A DNA stretch of 64,000 nucleotides from an uncultured Proteiniphilum sp. (GTDB taxonomy: Bacteria > Bacteroidota > Bacteroidia > Bacteroidales > Dysgonomonadaceae): positions 327 through 64,326 of the forward strand of contig NZ_CALNAT010000256.1 of assembly GCF_937873925.1 (NCBI RefSeq), in the 5' to 3' direction. Below the pieces are notes generated by a model, which saw only the letters and a list, made by a program, of their open reading frames with translations, had not been told where the DNA came from and made no database searches. The position numbers were made by a program, and so were the translations under genes. This document shows, one piece after another, positions 40,141-47,568 of the stretch; position 1 is the stretch's first letter, and every line of letters begins with the position of its first letter.

Positions 40141-40782
40141 TTACAATTTAAAAACTGATTTTCTTTTCTCCTTTTTCTGAAGGAATAACTCTGTCAGCGA
40201 AGGGCGGCGCAGATTCAACGATGGGCTGTTACTGAACAGGCCGGTTATCGAATCCTCTTTTTGATATCCTGTTTTTATTCCTTTTTTCTTCAGTACCGAA
40301 AAAGAGGTGTAATTTGGTATATAGGATATCTCTACCATTCCAAGCTCAATCATATCGTCCGTATTGGCAAAATCCAGGCATACTTTCAGCAGGATACTGT
40401 CATTTACCACTACCCGACAGACCGTATTGATGACGTCGGTAACCGGAGTTGTCTTCTCAATGATCTCATTATGCACTACCGTGGCAGATACCGGTTCACG
40501 CTGTTCTACCAGACGGATAAGTGTGATACGACTTTGCAATCCGGTGCGGTGATAGGCTATTTTTATATCGGTAATCAGGCTGCCCCGGGTAACAGGCAAC
40601 ATCATATAGATCCATTTGGAATCTCCCGGCTCACTCACCTGTACCTGTAATCCCGGATGGAATACATAAGGATAGTCGATTCTGATGCTCGGATCGCCTG
40701 TCACAAAACCTAATGCATGAAGCATTAGTGATTGCCTTTTGGATAAAAGTTTTCTGGAAATATGTCCGTAATTGTTATCCAT
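40141..40782 (-). CDS. Hypothetical protein (no recognisable domain, no signal peptide)
   Basis: 213-aa ORF between the HU-like gene and the collagen-like lipoprotein gene, on the same strand with 60-nt gaps on both sides. It has a Lys-rich C-terminus. Confidence 0.6.
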   Translation of the reverse strand: MDNNYGHISRKLLSKRQSLMLHALGFVTGDPSIRIDYPYVFHPGLQVQVSEPGDSKWIYMMLPVTRGSLITDIKIAYHRTGLQSRITLIRLVEQREPVSATVVHNEIIEKTTPVTDVINTVCRVVVNDSILLKVCLDFANTDDMIELGMVEISYIPNYTSFSVLKKKGIKTGYQKEDSITGLFSNSPSLNLRRPSLTELFLQKKEKRKSVFKL

Positions 40783-40842
40783 CGGTTGTATTATTCCATT
40801 TATTTTCCGGTATAGTACAAAATGTGATTTGCTGCCGGGGTA

Positions 40843-41220
40843 TTATTCTACTTTTTCAAAGTGTATCTTTAACAATGTTTTTTTTAACTCAGGTGAAGGG
40901 GTAAATACTACTTTCATATTTCTTATGTTGTCGGAAGTGAATTCTTCCGGGTCTTTTACTCCTTCACTCGAGAGGGAGAGGCGCAACGTGCCAAAATTGT
41001 TCAGATTCACACTATACCCCTCAATCAAATAGCGGGGAATTTCATCGACCATGTTCTCGATCACATTCATCACTGCGCCACGCGCTAGAAATGACTTGCC
41101 GGCAATTCCCTTACTCAGTTGATAATGGTTTATCGTACCTGCTTTTACAGGGCTGGCATACCATTTCCGTTCTGTTTCGCGCTCAAGCGGATTGGCTTTT
41201 TGAATTAGTTTATACTTCAT
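40843..41220 (-). CDS. HU-family DNA-binding protein, Bacteroidota-specific (HU-HIG-like) clade
   Basis: 125 aa. Its layout matches the Bacteroidales 'histone-like DNA-binding protein' family as I remember it: MKYKLIQKANP...KWYASPV..G.I, then NFGTLRLSLSSEGV..PEEFTS.NI....V.F.P...LK. Confidence 0.85.
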   Translation of the reverse strand: MKYKLIQKANPLERETERKWYASPVKAGTINHYQLSKGIAGKSFLARGAVMNVIENMVDEIPRYLIEGYSVNLNNFGTLRLSLSSEGVKDPEEFTSDNIRNMKVVFTPSPELKKTLLKIHFEKVE

Positions 41221-41503
41221 AGACCGTTATTTTATTATTTTTTTGATATGATTTTTACCGCGTAAGAGGAGACATGGAAATTAATATTGTGAGTTTGCTC
41301 TAAAAGATTGAATGTGACCTCTGTTTAGTTGTTGGTTTCATTTTTGTTTACGCTTGGAGCAATTTTTTTGCCCGTTTGCCGATAATCTTCCGACCGTTTG
41401 CCGGTTTTTTTCGCTTTTCTGTTTTTACCGGTTCCGAACGTTTGGAAATATCGGGACGTCCCTTTGAACTGGTATTTATTTTGATGACAAACTTACGCTT
41501 TTC

Positions 41504-41577
41504 CCTAACCCCCGGTTAGGATTTATTTCGTTAAATTTAGCATAAAACAGGCTTTAACATTTATACCGGTTAGGATT
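41504..41577. promoter_or_regulatory. Operator-like GGTTAGG motif set upstream of the HU-like / collagen-like cassette
   Basis: Palindrome CCTAACC-ccc-GGTTAGG (41504-41520). The 12-mer CCGGTTAGGATT occurs twice as a direct repeat (41512-41523 and 41566-41577, 54 bp apart). On the minus strand an exact TAAGTTTG box follows at 41495-41488. Confidence 0.3.
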
Positions 41578-41717
41578 ATTTGCGCATTGATTGAAGTTAA
41601 ATTATTGAAAAATAGCGGGATGGATATGCTACTTTATTCTTATGCGGAATTTTTTTCAGGTTAAAGAAAACCCTTTTGCCTGTTTTTGATGATATATTTA
41701 TAAGGCTTGCCGGTATC

Positions 41718-43583
41718 TTAATTTTGGGGTAAACGTTTGAATTGAGTAGGGGTAATTCCGGTATGTTTTTTAAATATCCGGGAGAAATAATTCACATCGT
41801 AGATGCCGCATTCGGCTGCTACTTCGCCGATGGTCTTGTTATATGTGGTAAAGATCTTTTTCGCATGCCGGAGCTTCACCTGCAGAATATAAGTGGAGGA
41901 GGGATACCCCGTGATGGCGTTCAGTTTTTTATTCAGTTGAGACACACTGATAGCCAGCTCCTGAGCCAGCTTTCCGGGAGTGAAGTCGGGATTTTTTATT
42001 TCACGGTAGATAATATCGGTGACATGACGCAGGAAGTCTGTATTCATATTGTTATCACCCGATTCCGCTTTTTCTTCTTTCAGTACGGTCCTGTAGTATT
42101 TCTCTTTCAGAAGCTGGCGTGTCTCCAGCAGATTCTCCACGCGTATCTGCAGTTCTTCTGCGTAAAAGGGTTTGCGGATATAACAGTCGGCCCCGCTCCT
42201 TAAACCCTCGATCAGATCCGTTTCCTTGTTTTTTGCGGAAATAATGATTACAGGGATATGGTTGAGCAGCGGCGATCCCTTTATCTCCCTGCATAATTCA
42301 ATACCGTTTTTTTTCGGCATGACCGCATCGGTGATCACGATGTCCGGAATTTGTTTATTAGCCATATCCCATGCTTTCTCCCCGTTGGAGGCATATATGA
42401 TATTGTATTGTTCCTGAGGGAACATGGAACGGATATAAAGGGCGATGTCTTTATTGTCTTCGACTAATAAGATGGTGTTACGGAGATCGTCTTCATCAGT
42501 TTCGGAAGAAATAAACCTTTTGGTTTCCTCCTGGGTTGGAGTTTCCGCTACGGGATACGGAATATTCTTTTCGGGCTTCCAGAATGAATAAAGCTGTTTT
42601 TCACTTTTCCGCACAGGTAACTCGACCGTAAACGTAGATCCTTTTTCCACTTCGCTTTCCACCCGGACAGTACCGCCCAGGGCTTCCGTGAGCTGTTTGA
42701 CGAGCGTAAGCCCTATCCCACTGCCGGCAGGGGTTTCCATTCCCGCATGCGGGCTCTTGTAAAACAGGTCGAAGATATGGGGAAGCATCTCCTTGCCGAT
42801 CCCTTTTCCATGATCGATCACTTTGATGATCATCTTTTGCCGGGTTTTTGTGTCCCTTTCCAGGATAAGGTTGATACGGGTACCTTCGTCGCTGTAATTG
42901 ATGGCGTTGGCAAGAAGGTTGTACAGGATCTTTTGAAGATAATCGGGTACGAAATCGGTTTCAATCTCCGTTTCACTACTGAAAAAGAACAACTCGATTT
43001 CCTTCTGCTTTGCATAAATACGGAAGGTTTCCGATATCATCTCCACAAAAGTGACTATATTGCCGGTTTTCCATTCCACGGTTTTGTCGGACGTTTGTAG
43101 ATTGGCAATATCGAGCAGCTGGTTCACCAGATCGGAGAGGCTCCTTCCCTGCCGTTCAATCGCGTTGAGATAAGTGGATAAATTGCCGTTGGACAGGTTC
43201 TTTTGGTCCTTGAGTTGCTTGCTTAACCCAAGGATGACGGTGAGCGGGGTGCGGAGTTCATGGGTGATCTTGGCGAAGATATCACTGAGGAGCCGTTCTT
43301 CCTGTTGCTGCATGCGATTGTTTTTCATCCGCTCGAAGAGGGAGAATAATAGGGTCAGTAAGGCGAATACGAACAGGATCGCTCCGATATATATGCTTGT
43401 TCTTCCGGAATAAACATCGGGGAGCTGTATGTTCAACACTGGCAGAAAAACGGCTTCGGCGGATATACCGGACGGAAGGAGGTTGTCCGGCGATAAATTG
43501 CATGGATGCAGGTAAAATAGCTCCATAGGATGTAAATTGATAAGGTATTCTTTTACTTGAAGCAAGAGAATAAGAGTTTCCAC
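41718..43583 (-). CDS. Hybrid sensor histidine kinase / response regulator / AraC-type regulator lacking the periplasmic sensor domain
   Basis: One TM helix (IYIGAILFVFALLTLLFSLF), then HisKA (ITHELRTPLTVILG), HATPase (GSGIGLTLVKQL), REC (ILLVEDNKD...ITDAVMPKKNG) and an AraC HTH. It is only 621 aa. An alternative start is ATG 43526. Confidence 0.88.
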   Translation of the reverse strand: METLILLLQVKEYLINLHPMELFYLHPCNLSPDNLLPSGISAEAVFLPVLNIQLPDVYSGRTSIYIGAILFVFALLTLLFSLFERMKNNRMQQQEERLLSDIFAKITHELRTPLTVILGLSKQLKDQKNLSNGNLSTYLNAIERQGRSLSDLVNQLLDIANLQTSDKTVEWKTGNIVTFVEMISETFRIYAKQKEIELFFFSSETEIETDFVPDYLQKILYNLLANAINYSDEGTRINLILERDTKTRQKMIIKVIDHGKGIGKEMLPHIFDLFYKSPHAGMETPAGSGIGLTLVKQLTEALGGTVRVESEVEKGSTFTVELPVRKSEKQLYSFWKPEKNIPYPVAETPTQEETKRFISSETDEDDLRNTILLVEDNKDIALYIRSMFPQEQYNIIYASNGEKAWDMANKQIPDIVITDAVMPKKNGIELCREIKGSPLLNHIPVIIISAKNKETDLIEGLRSGADCYIRKPFYAEELQIRVENLLETRQLLKEKYYRTVLKEEKAESGDNNMNTDFLRHVTDIIYREIKNPDFTPGKLAQELAISVSQLNKKLNAITGYPSSTYILQVKLRHAKKIFTTYNKTIGEVAAECGIYDVNYFSRIFKKHTGITPTQFKRLPQN

Positions 43584-43909
43584 AATGTTTGAATTTTGTT
43601 TTATACGTACCTCTATATTGGGTTTGCAATATAATGCTTTTTTTTCCTAATATGCCGGCATTTTTTTATGTTGAAAATTCCCCATAAACGCTGATAGGTC
43701 GAAGACTGATTTTTTATTTATCTTTAACAATATATTTTTTTCATAATGGAATATCATGAACTCCACAATTAGCATTTTTTTAAGTTTGCCCTATCTTGGT
43801 TAATCTATGAGATGCGAAGACGGATTTACTGATCTGTGCGGAGTCCGGCTGAAGTGTCGGGAATGTGGAATAATTATTCGAATCGTATCGGTTTCAAAAG
43901 AAAATCATG

Positions 43910-43917
43910 TAAATTTG
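43910..43917 (+). promoter_or_regulatory. Candidate -7 box TAAATTTG upstream of the thioredoxin-fold lipoprotein gene
   Basis: Exact TAnnTTTG about 97 nt upstream of ATG 44014. A second exact box, TAAGTTTG, lies at 43781-43788. Confidence 0.35.
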
Positions 43918-43958
43918 CGAAGGAATGAAGATTTGCAGATGTGTTGATGTGTTGTTTA

Positions 43959-43992
43959 ATCTCCTTCGATCTCCTTCAATCTCATTCGATCT
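43959..43992. repeat. 3.4 copies of a 10-nt unit upstream of the thioredoxin-fold lipoprotein gene
   Basis: ATCTCCTTCG|ATCTCCTTCA|ATCTCATTCG|ATCT, preceded by GATGTGTT|GATGTGTT. Confidence 0.85.
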
Positions 43993-44013
43993 AAAAAATA
44001 AAGATAAATAAAT

Positions 44014-45171
44014 ATGAAATTATTGGGAAGATTGTGGCCGGTCTTGCTGGCCGGTACGGTGCTTTTTTCCTGTAAACAGGGGGAGACTTTTAAAGTGGAG
44101 GGAAATATCGGCTCTGCGGAGGGAGATACATTGTATCTGGAACATCGCGGCCTGGCGGGTGTCAGAGCACTCGATTCCACGGTATTGAAAAACGAGGGAT
44201 CGTTTGCCTTCAGGCAGCCAGCCCCCGAAAACCCCGAGTTCTACCAGTTGCGTATCGGGGACCGGATCGCCGTCTTCGCGGTGGATTCGACGGAAACTCT
44301 CCGTGTCAGCGCCGATGCCCCGGACTTGTACTATTCGTTTACGGTAGAAAATTCGCCCGCCAATGACCAGATAAAAGAGGTGGATGCCCTTACCCGTTTG
44401 GCCGCCCGTGAGATCACCAACCTCGAAGACCGGCATAAGGCCGGATCAATCGACGACATGACGTTCATCGCACAACTGGATACCGCATTGCAGAAATATA
44501 AAACGGCGGTATCGCGGCTGGTGCTGGGAAATCCCTCGGGTGCGGCAGCCTATTATGCCATCTTCCAGAAAATAAACGATTATCTGATCTTCGATCCCTA
44601 CAACAGGCAGGATTATGCTATGTTCGGCGCGGTGGCTACTTCATGGAATCGATATTATCCCGGTACCGAAAGGACGAAACATCTGTATGAATTTACCATG
44701 AACGCGCTGAGAACACGGAGACAGCAGGAACAGCAGGCAAAACTGTTCGAGAACATCCCGGTGAAAGAGGGAACGGGTTTACCCGATATTGTCCTGTCTG
44801 AAGTGGATGGACGGAAAGTGGCGTTATCATCCCTGAACGGGAAGGTGGTACTGCTCGATTTTGTAGTGTACGGTGCCGATTTTTCACCCAAACACAATAT
44901 GGAGCTGAACAGCCTCTATGCACGATACCATTCACGGGGCTTTGAAATATATCAGATCTCGTTCGACTCGGATGAGCATTTCTGGAAAACATCGGCTGCC
45001 AATCTCCCCTGGCTTACCGTAAGAGATCCCCAATCGGTCAATACCACATTACTGGCCACCTATAATGTGCGCCAGATCCCCACGGCGTTCCTCATCAACC
45101 GGGAAGGAGACATCATAGCCCGGATTGAGGATTATGGTCAGTTGTCCGGCGAACTGGATAAGGTGTTGTAA
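44014..45171 (+). CDS. Thioredoxin-fold (TlpA/AhpC-like) lipoprotein lacking the CXXC motif
   Basis: Lipobox AGTVLFSC and a C-terminal thioredoxin-like domain. Where a CXXC is expected the sequence reads LLDFVVYGADFSPKHN. Confidence 0.75.
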   Translation: MKLLGRLWPVLLAGTVLFSCKQGETFKVEGNIGSAEGDTLYLEHRGLAGVRALDSTVLKNEGSFAFRQPAPENPEFYQLRIGDRIAVFAVDSTETLRVSADAPDLYYSFTVENSPANDQIKEVDALTRLAAREITNLEDRHKAGSIDDMTFIAQLDTALQKYKTAVSRLVLGNPSGAAAYYAIFQKINDYLIFDPYNRQDYAMFGAVATSWNRYYPGTERTKHLYEFTMNALRTRRQQEQQAKLFENIPVKEGTGLPDIVLSEVDGRKVALSSLNGKVVLLDFVVYGADFSPKHNMELNSLYARYHSRGFEIYQISFDSDEHFWKTSAANLPWLTVRDPQSVNTTLLATYNVRQIPTAFLINREGDIIARIEDYGQLSGELDKVL

Positions 45172-45210
45172 AACATATCCGGAAAATTTTGTGTAATGGT
45201 AATAAAGTGC

Positions 45211-45218
45211 TATCTTTG
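45211..45218 (+). promoter_or_regulatory. Candidate -7 box TATCTTTG (with TTTG at 45188-45191) upstream of greA
   Basis: Exact TAnnTTTG plus a -33-like TTTG 19 nt upstream. It lies 98 nt before the greA ATG. Confidence 0.5.
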
Positions 45219-45243
45219 TAAAAGTATTAACATGGAAAAAAGG

Positions 45244-45284
45244 GGTTCCGGTCTTGTAATAAAAGGCCGGAATTCTTTTTCTTT
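45244..45284 (+). terminator. Terminator-like hairpin between the thioredoxin-fold lipoprotein gene and greA (possibly a greA leader attenuator)
   Basis: GGTTCCGGTC / GGCCGGAATT stem (6 Watson-Crick pairs plus G-U pairs), an 11-nt loop, then TTCTTTTTCTTT. It lies downstream of a TATCTTTG box (45211) and 32 nt upstream of the greA ATG. Confidence 0.5.
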
Positions 45285-45315
45285 ACGTTGAGTTTTGAGA
45301 ATAAAAAAAGAGATT

Positions 45316-45786
45316 ATGGCTGTAACGTATATGACCGAAGAAGGCCTTCGGAAATTGAAGGAAGAATTGATAGAACTGGAATCTGTACAGAGACCTGAAA
45401 TATCACGCCAGATTGCCGAAGCGAGAGATAAAGGGGACCTGTCGGAAAATGCCGAATATGACGCGGCAAAAGAGGCGCAAGGTATGCTGGAAGCGAAGAT
45501 ATCCCAATTGAAAAATCTTGTTGCCAATGCCCGCCTCATTGATGAGAACGCTATTGGTACAGATGAGGTGCAGATCATGAACAAAGTGACGATCAAAAAC
45601 CTGCATACCAAGAAGATGATGACTTATATGCTTGTATCGGAGAGCGAGGCTGACCTGAAGAGCGGTAAGATTGCCGTGAACACTCCTATTGCCCAGGGTT
45701 TGCTGGGGAGAAAAGTGGGTGATGTGGCCGAAATTAAAGTGCCGTCGGGTATGATGACATTTGAAATCGTGGAAATCTCGATTTGA
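45316..45786 (+). CDS. greA: Transcription elongation factor GreA
   Basis: MAVTYMTEEGLRKLKEEL...DLSENAEYDAAKE coiled-coil followed by the C-terminal FKBP-like domain. The start is set at ATG 45316. Confidence 0.92.
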   Translation: MAVTYMTEEGLRKLKEELIELESVQRPEISRQIAEARDKGDLSENAEYDAAKEAQGMLEAKISQLKNLVANARLIDENAIGTDEVQIMNKVTIKNLHTKKMMTYMLVSESEADLKSGKIAVNTPIAQGLLGRKVGDVAEIKVPSGMMTFEIVEISI

Positions 45787-45790
45787 ATAG

Positions 45791-45897
45791 ATTCAGGATT
45801 CAGGATTCAAGATTTCAGATTCAAGATTCAGGGCTTCTAATTTTTTACTTTTAACTACGTGGATTTAGTTTTTCACTTTTCCACTTTTAATTTTCAA
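45791..45897. repeat. Heptamer array plus TTTTCACTTTT words filling the greA-HIT spacer
   Basis: GATTCAG|GATTCAG|GATTCAA|GATTTCA|GATTCAA|GATTCAG, then ...AACTACGTGGATTTAGTTTTTCACTTTTCCACTTTTAATTTTCAA up to the HIT ATG. Confidence 0.85.
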
Positions 45898-46290
45898 ATG
45901 GCAACTATTTTCAGCAGAATTATCGCGGGTGAGATCCCTTCCTATAAAATAGCCGAAGACGACCGGTTTTATGCTTTCCTGGATATAAGCCCTATGTCAA
46001 AGGGCCACACATTGGTCGTTCCTAAACAGGAGACCGACTACCTTTTCGATCTGGATGATCTTCTTCTGGGCGATATGGCTGTTTTTGCCAAAAAGGTGGC
46101 GAAGGCGATTGAAAAGGCTGTTTCCTGCAAGAGGGTGGGGATGATGGTAATCGGCCTGGAGGTGCCGCATGCACATATCCATCTGATTCCCATCCGGAAA
46201 GAGGGAGATATGAGCCTTGCCAACCCGAAACTCCAACTCCCGGCGGAAGAGTTCGAGGAAATTGCGGAGAAGATCCGGCAAATGTTGTAG
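45898..46290 (+). CDS. HIT-family (histidine triad) nucleotide hydrolase
   Basis: MATIFSRIIAGEIPSYKI... with the histidine triad VPHAHIHLIP. The start is set at ATG 45898. Confidence 0.9.
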   Translation: MATIFSRIIAGEIPSYKIAEDDRFYAFLDISPMSKGHTLVVPKQETDYLFDLDDLLLGDMAVFAKKVAKAIEKAVSCKRVGMMVIGLEVPHAHIHLIPIRKEGDMSLANPKLQLPAEEFEEIAEKIRQML

Positions 46291-46311
46291 AAAATTGAAT
46301 CACGATAAAAT

Positions 46312-46347
46312 AAGATGGGTTTCCTGCGAGGCTCATCTTTTTTTATT
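46312..46347 (+). terminator. HIT gene terminator
   Basis: AAGATGGG ... CTCATCTT forms an 8-bp stem with one G-U pair, followed by TTTTTTT. Confidence 0.6.
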
Positions 46348-46396
46348 TCCCGTATGTGAGATGCTCCGTAAATATCTTTAGAAGTAACGGCGGTGG

Positions 46397-47347
46397 TTAT
46401 ATTTTCCTGATGCGTATACCTCTGACAAAATGGCATTCTCCTTTTTCAAGGATCAGATCGGCCCGGAAGCGGGTAGGGAGAATATTATGCAACAGATTGG
46501 GCAGATTGATCTCATCCCACACCTTGTTGGCAAATTTCAGCAGTTTCTTTTCCGAATAAGAGGCGTATTTATGGAAATAGGAGGAAGGATCCTGAAAAGC
46601 CGTCTGTTGCAGTTTCTTAAATCGTTCCAGATACCACTCACGCAGATCTTTCTCACTCGCATCCACATAAATGGAAAAATCGAAGAAATCAGACACAAAG
46701 ACCCTTCTTCGCATTTTTTTACCCGGTGAGACCTGTAACACATTAATCCCTTCCACGATGAGGATATCGGGTCGTTCAACGGTTTGGATCGCGTCTGGGA
46801 TCACATCATAATAGAGATGCGAATAGACGGGGACTTCGAGCATATCCCGCCCTGATTTCACACTTGCAAGGAATGCCAGCAATTGTTTGGCATTGTAGCT
46901 CTCGGGAAATCCTTTCTTGTTCAGCAGGCCCCTCTTTTGCAACTCATCATTGGAATAGAGGAAGCCGTCGGTGGTGATCAGTTCTACCCTTGGTTGCTCC
47001 GGTGTCATGGAAAGCAGTTTTTGCAATACCCGGGCCGTTGTACTCTTTCCTGCCGCCACACTACCGGCAATGCCGATGATGTAGGGGATGGGTTTGCTTG
47101 TGTTGGAGAAAAACTGATCCCGTTCTTTGTGCAGGTTGCGGTAGTGGGTGAGATGAATCTGTAACAGCCGGATCATGGGAATGTAGATATTTTCCACTTC
47201 GCTGAGGGTGAGCGGCTCATTGAGCGCCTGCAGTTTGGTGAGATCTATATCAGAAATAGGAAACATGGGATGCTCCTCCAGTGTACTCCACTCCTCACGG
47301 GTGAAGGCGCGAAAAGGAGAAAAGGTCACCTCGTAGGCTTTATTCAT
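46397..47347 (-). CDS. coaA: Type I pantothenate kinase
   Basis: 316 aa with the P-loop IIGIAGSVAAGKSTTARVLQ, colinear with CoaA. Confidence 0.9.
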   Translation of the reverse strand: MNKAYEVTFSPFRAFTREEWSTLEEHPMFPISDIDLTKLQALNEPLTLSEVENIYIPMIRLLQIHLTHYRNLHKERDQFFSNTSKPIPYIIGIAGSVAAGKSTTARVLQKLLSMTPEQPRVELITTDGFLYSNDELQKRGLLNKKGFPESYNAKQLLAFLASVKSGRDMLEVPVYSHLYYDVIPDAIQTVERPDILIVEGINVLQVSPGKKMRRRVFVSDFFDFSIYVDASEKDLREWYLERFKKLQQTAFQDPSSYFHKYASYSEKKLLKFANKVWDEINLPNLLHNILPTRFRADLILEKGECHFVRGIRIRKI

Positions 47348-47364
47348 TGCACTGCTTTTTGCTG

Positions 47365-47372
47365 CAAAGATA
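47365..47372 (-). promoter_or_regulatory. Candidate -7 box TATCTTTG upstream of coaA
   Basis: The plus strand reads CAAAGATA, immediately after the htpG terminator hairpin and 18 nt upstream of the coaA ATG. Confidence 0.4.
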
Positions 47373-47376
47373 GACG

Positions 47377-47412
47377 AAAAACCGGTAAACGGAACCCGTT
47401 TACCGGTTTTTT
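47377..47412 (-). terminator. htpG terminator (bidirectional hairpin)
   Basis: AAACCGGTAAACGG-AAC-CCGTTTACCGGTTT is a perfect 14-bp stem flanked by an A-run and a T-run. It lies between the htpG stop and the coaA promoter box. Confidence 0.85.
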
Positions 47413-47451
47413 ACTCGATTGATTCTTGGTGAAACGACCATGAATATCATT

Positions 47452-47568
47452 AAAAGTGAAAATTTCACGATTTGACTACGTTGATTTTCAATTCATAATT
47501 TGATTACGTCGATTTTCAATTCAATTCAAGATTTTGAATCTTGAATCTTGAATCTGAAATCTTGAATC
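47452..47568. repeat. AAAAGTGAAAA word, a 28-bp tandem duplication and a heptamer array in the htpG-coaA spacer
   Basis: AAAAGTGAAAA at 47452-47462. ATTTGACTACGTTGATTTTCAATTCA (47470-47495) versus ATTTGATTACGTCGATTTTCAATTCA (47498-47523). The heptamer array at 47534-47568 abuts the htpG stop codon. Confidence 0.85.

Noticed and set aside
41434-41443. AAACGTTCGG (minus strand) resembling the ARACGTWCGT-type inverted-repeat core that I recall for Bacteroides invertible promoters
   Set aside because: It matches only 9 of 10 positions of a consensus quoted from memory. I found no inverted partner nearby; AAACGTTTGA at ~41732 is a poor match inside the regulator gene. There is no recombinase gene in the window.
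45210-45611. 133-aa minus-strand ORF across the greA 5' region
   Set aside because: It is antisense to greA, which has an unmistakable GreA sequence. It also spans the promoter and hairpin region and has no motif.
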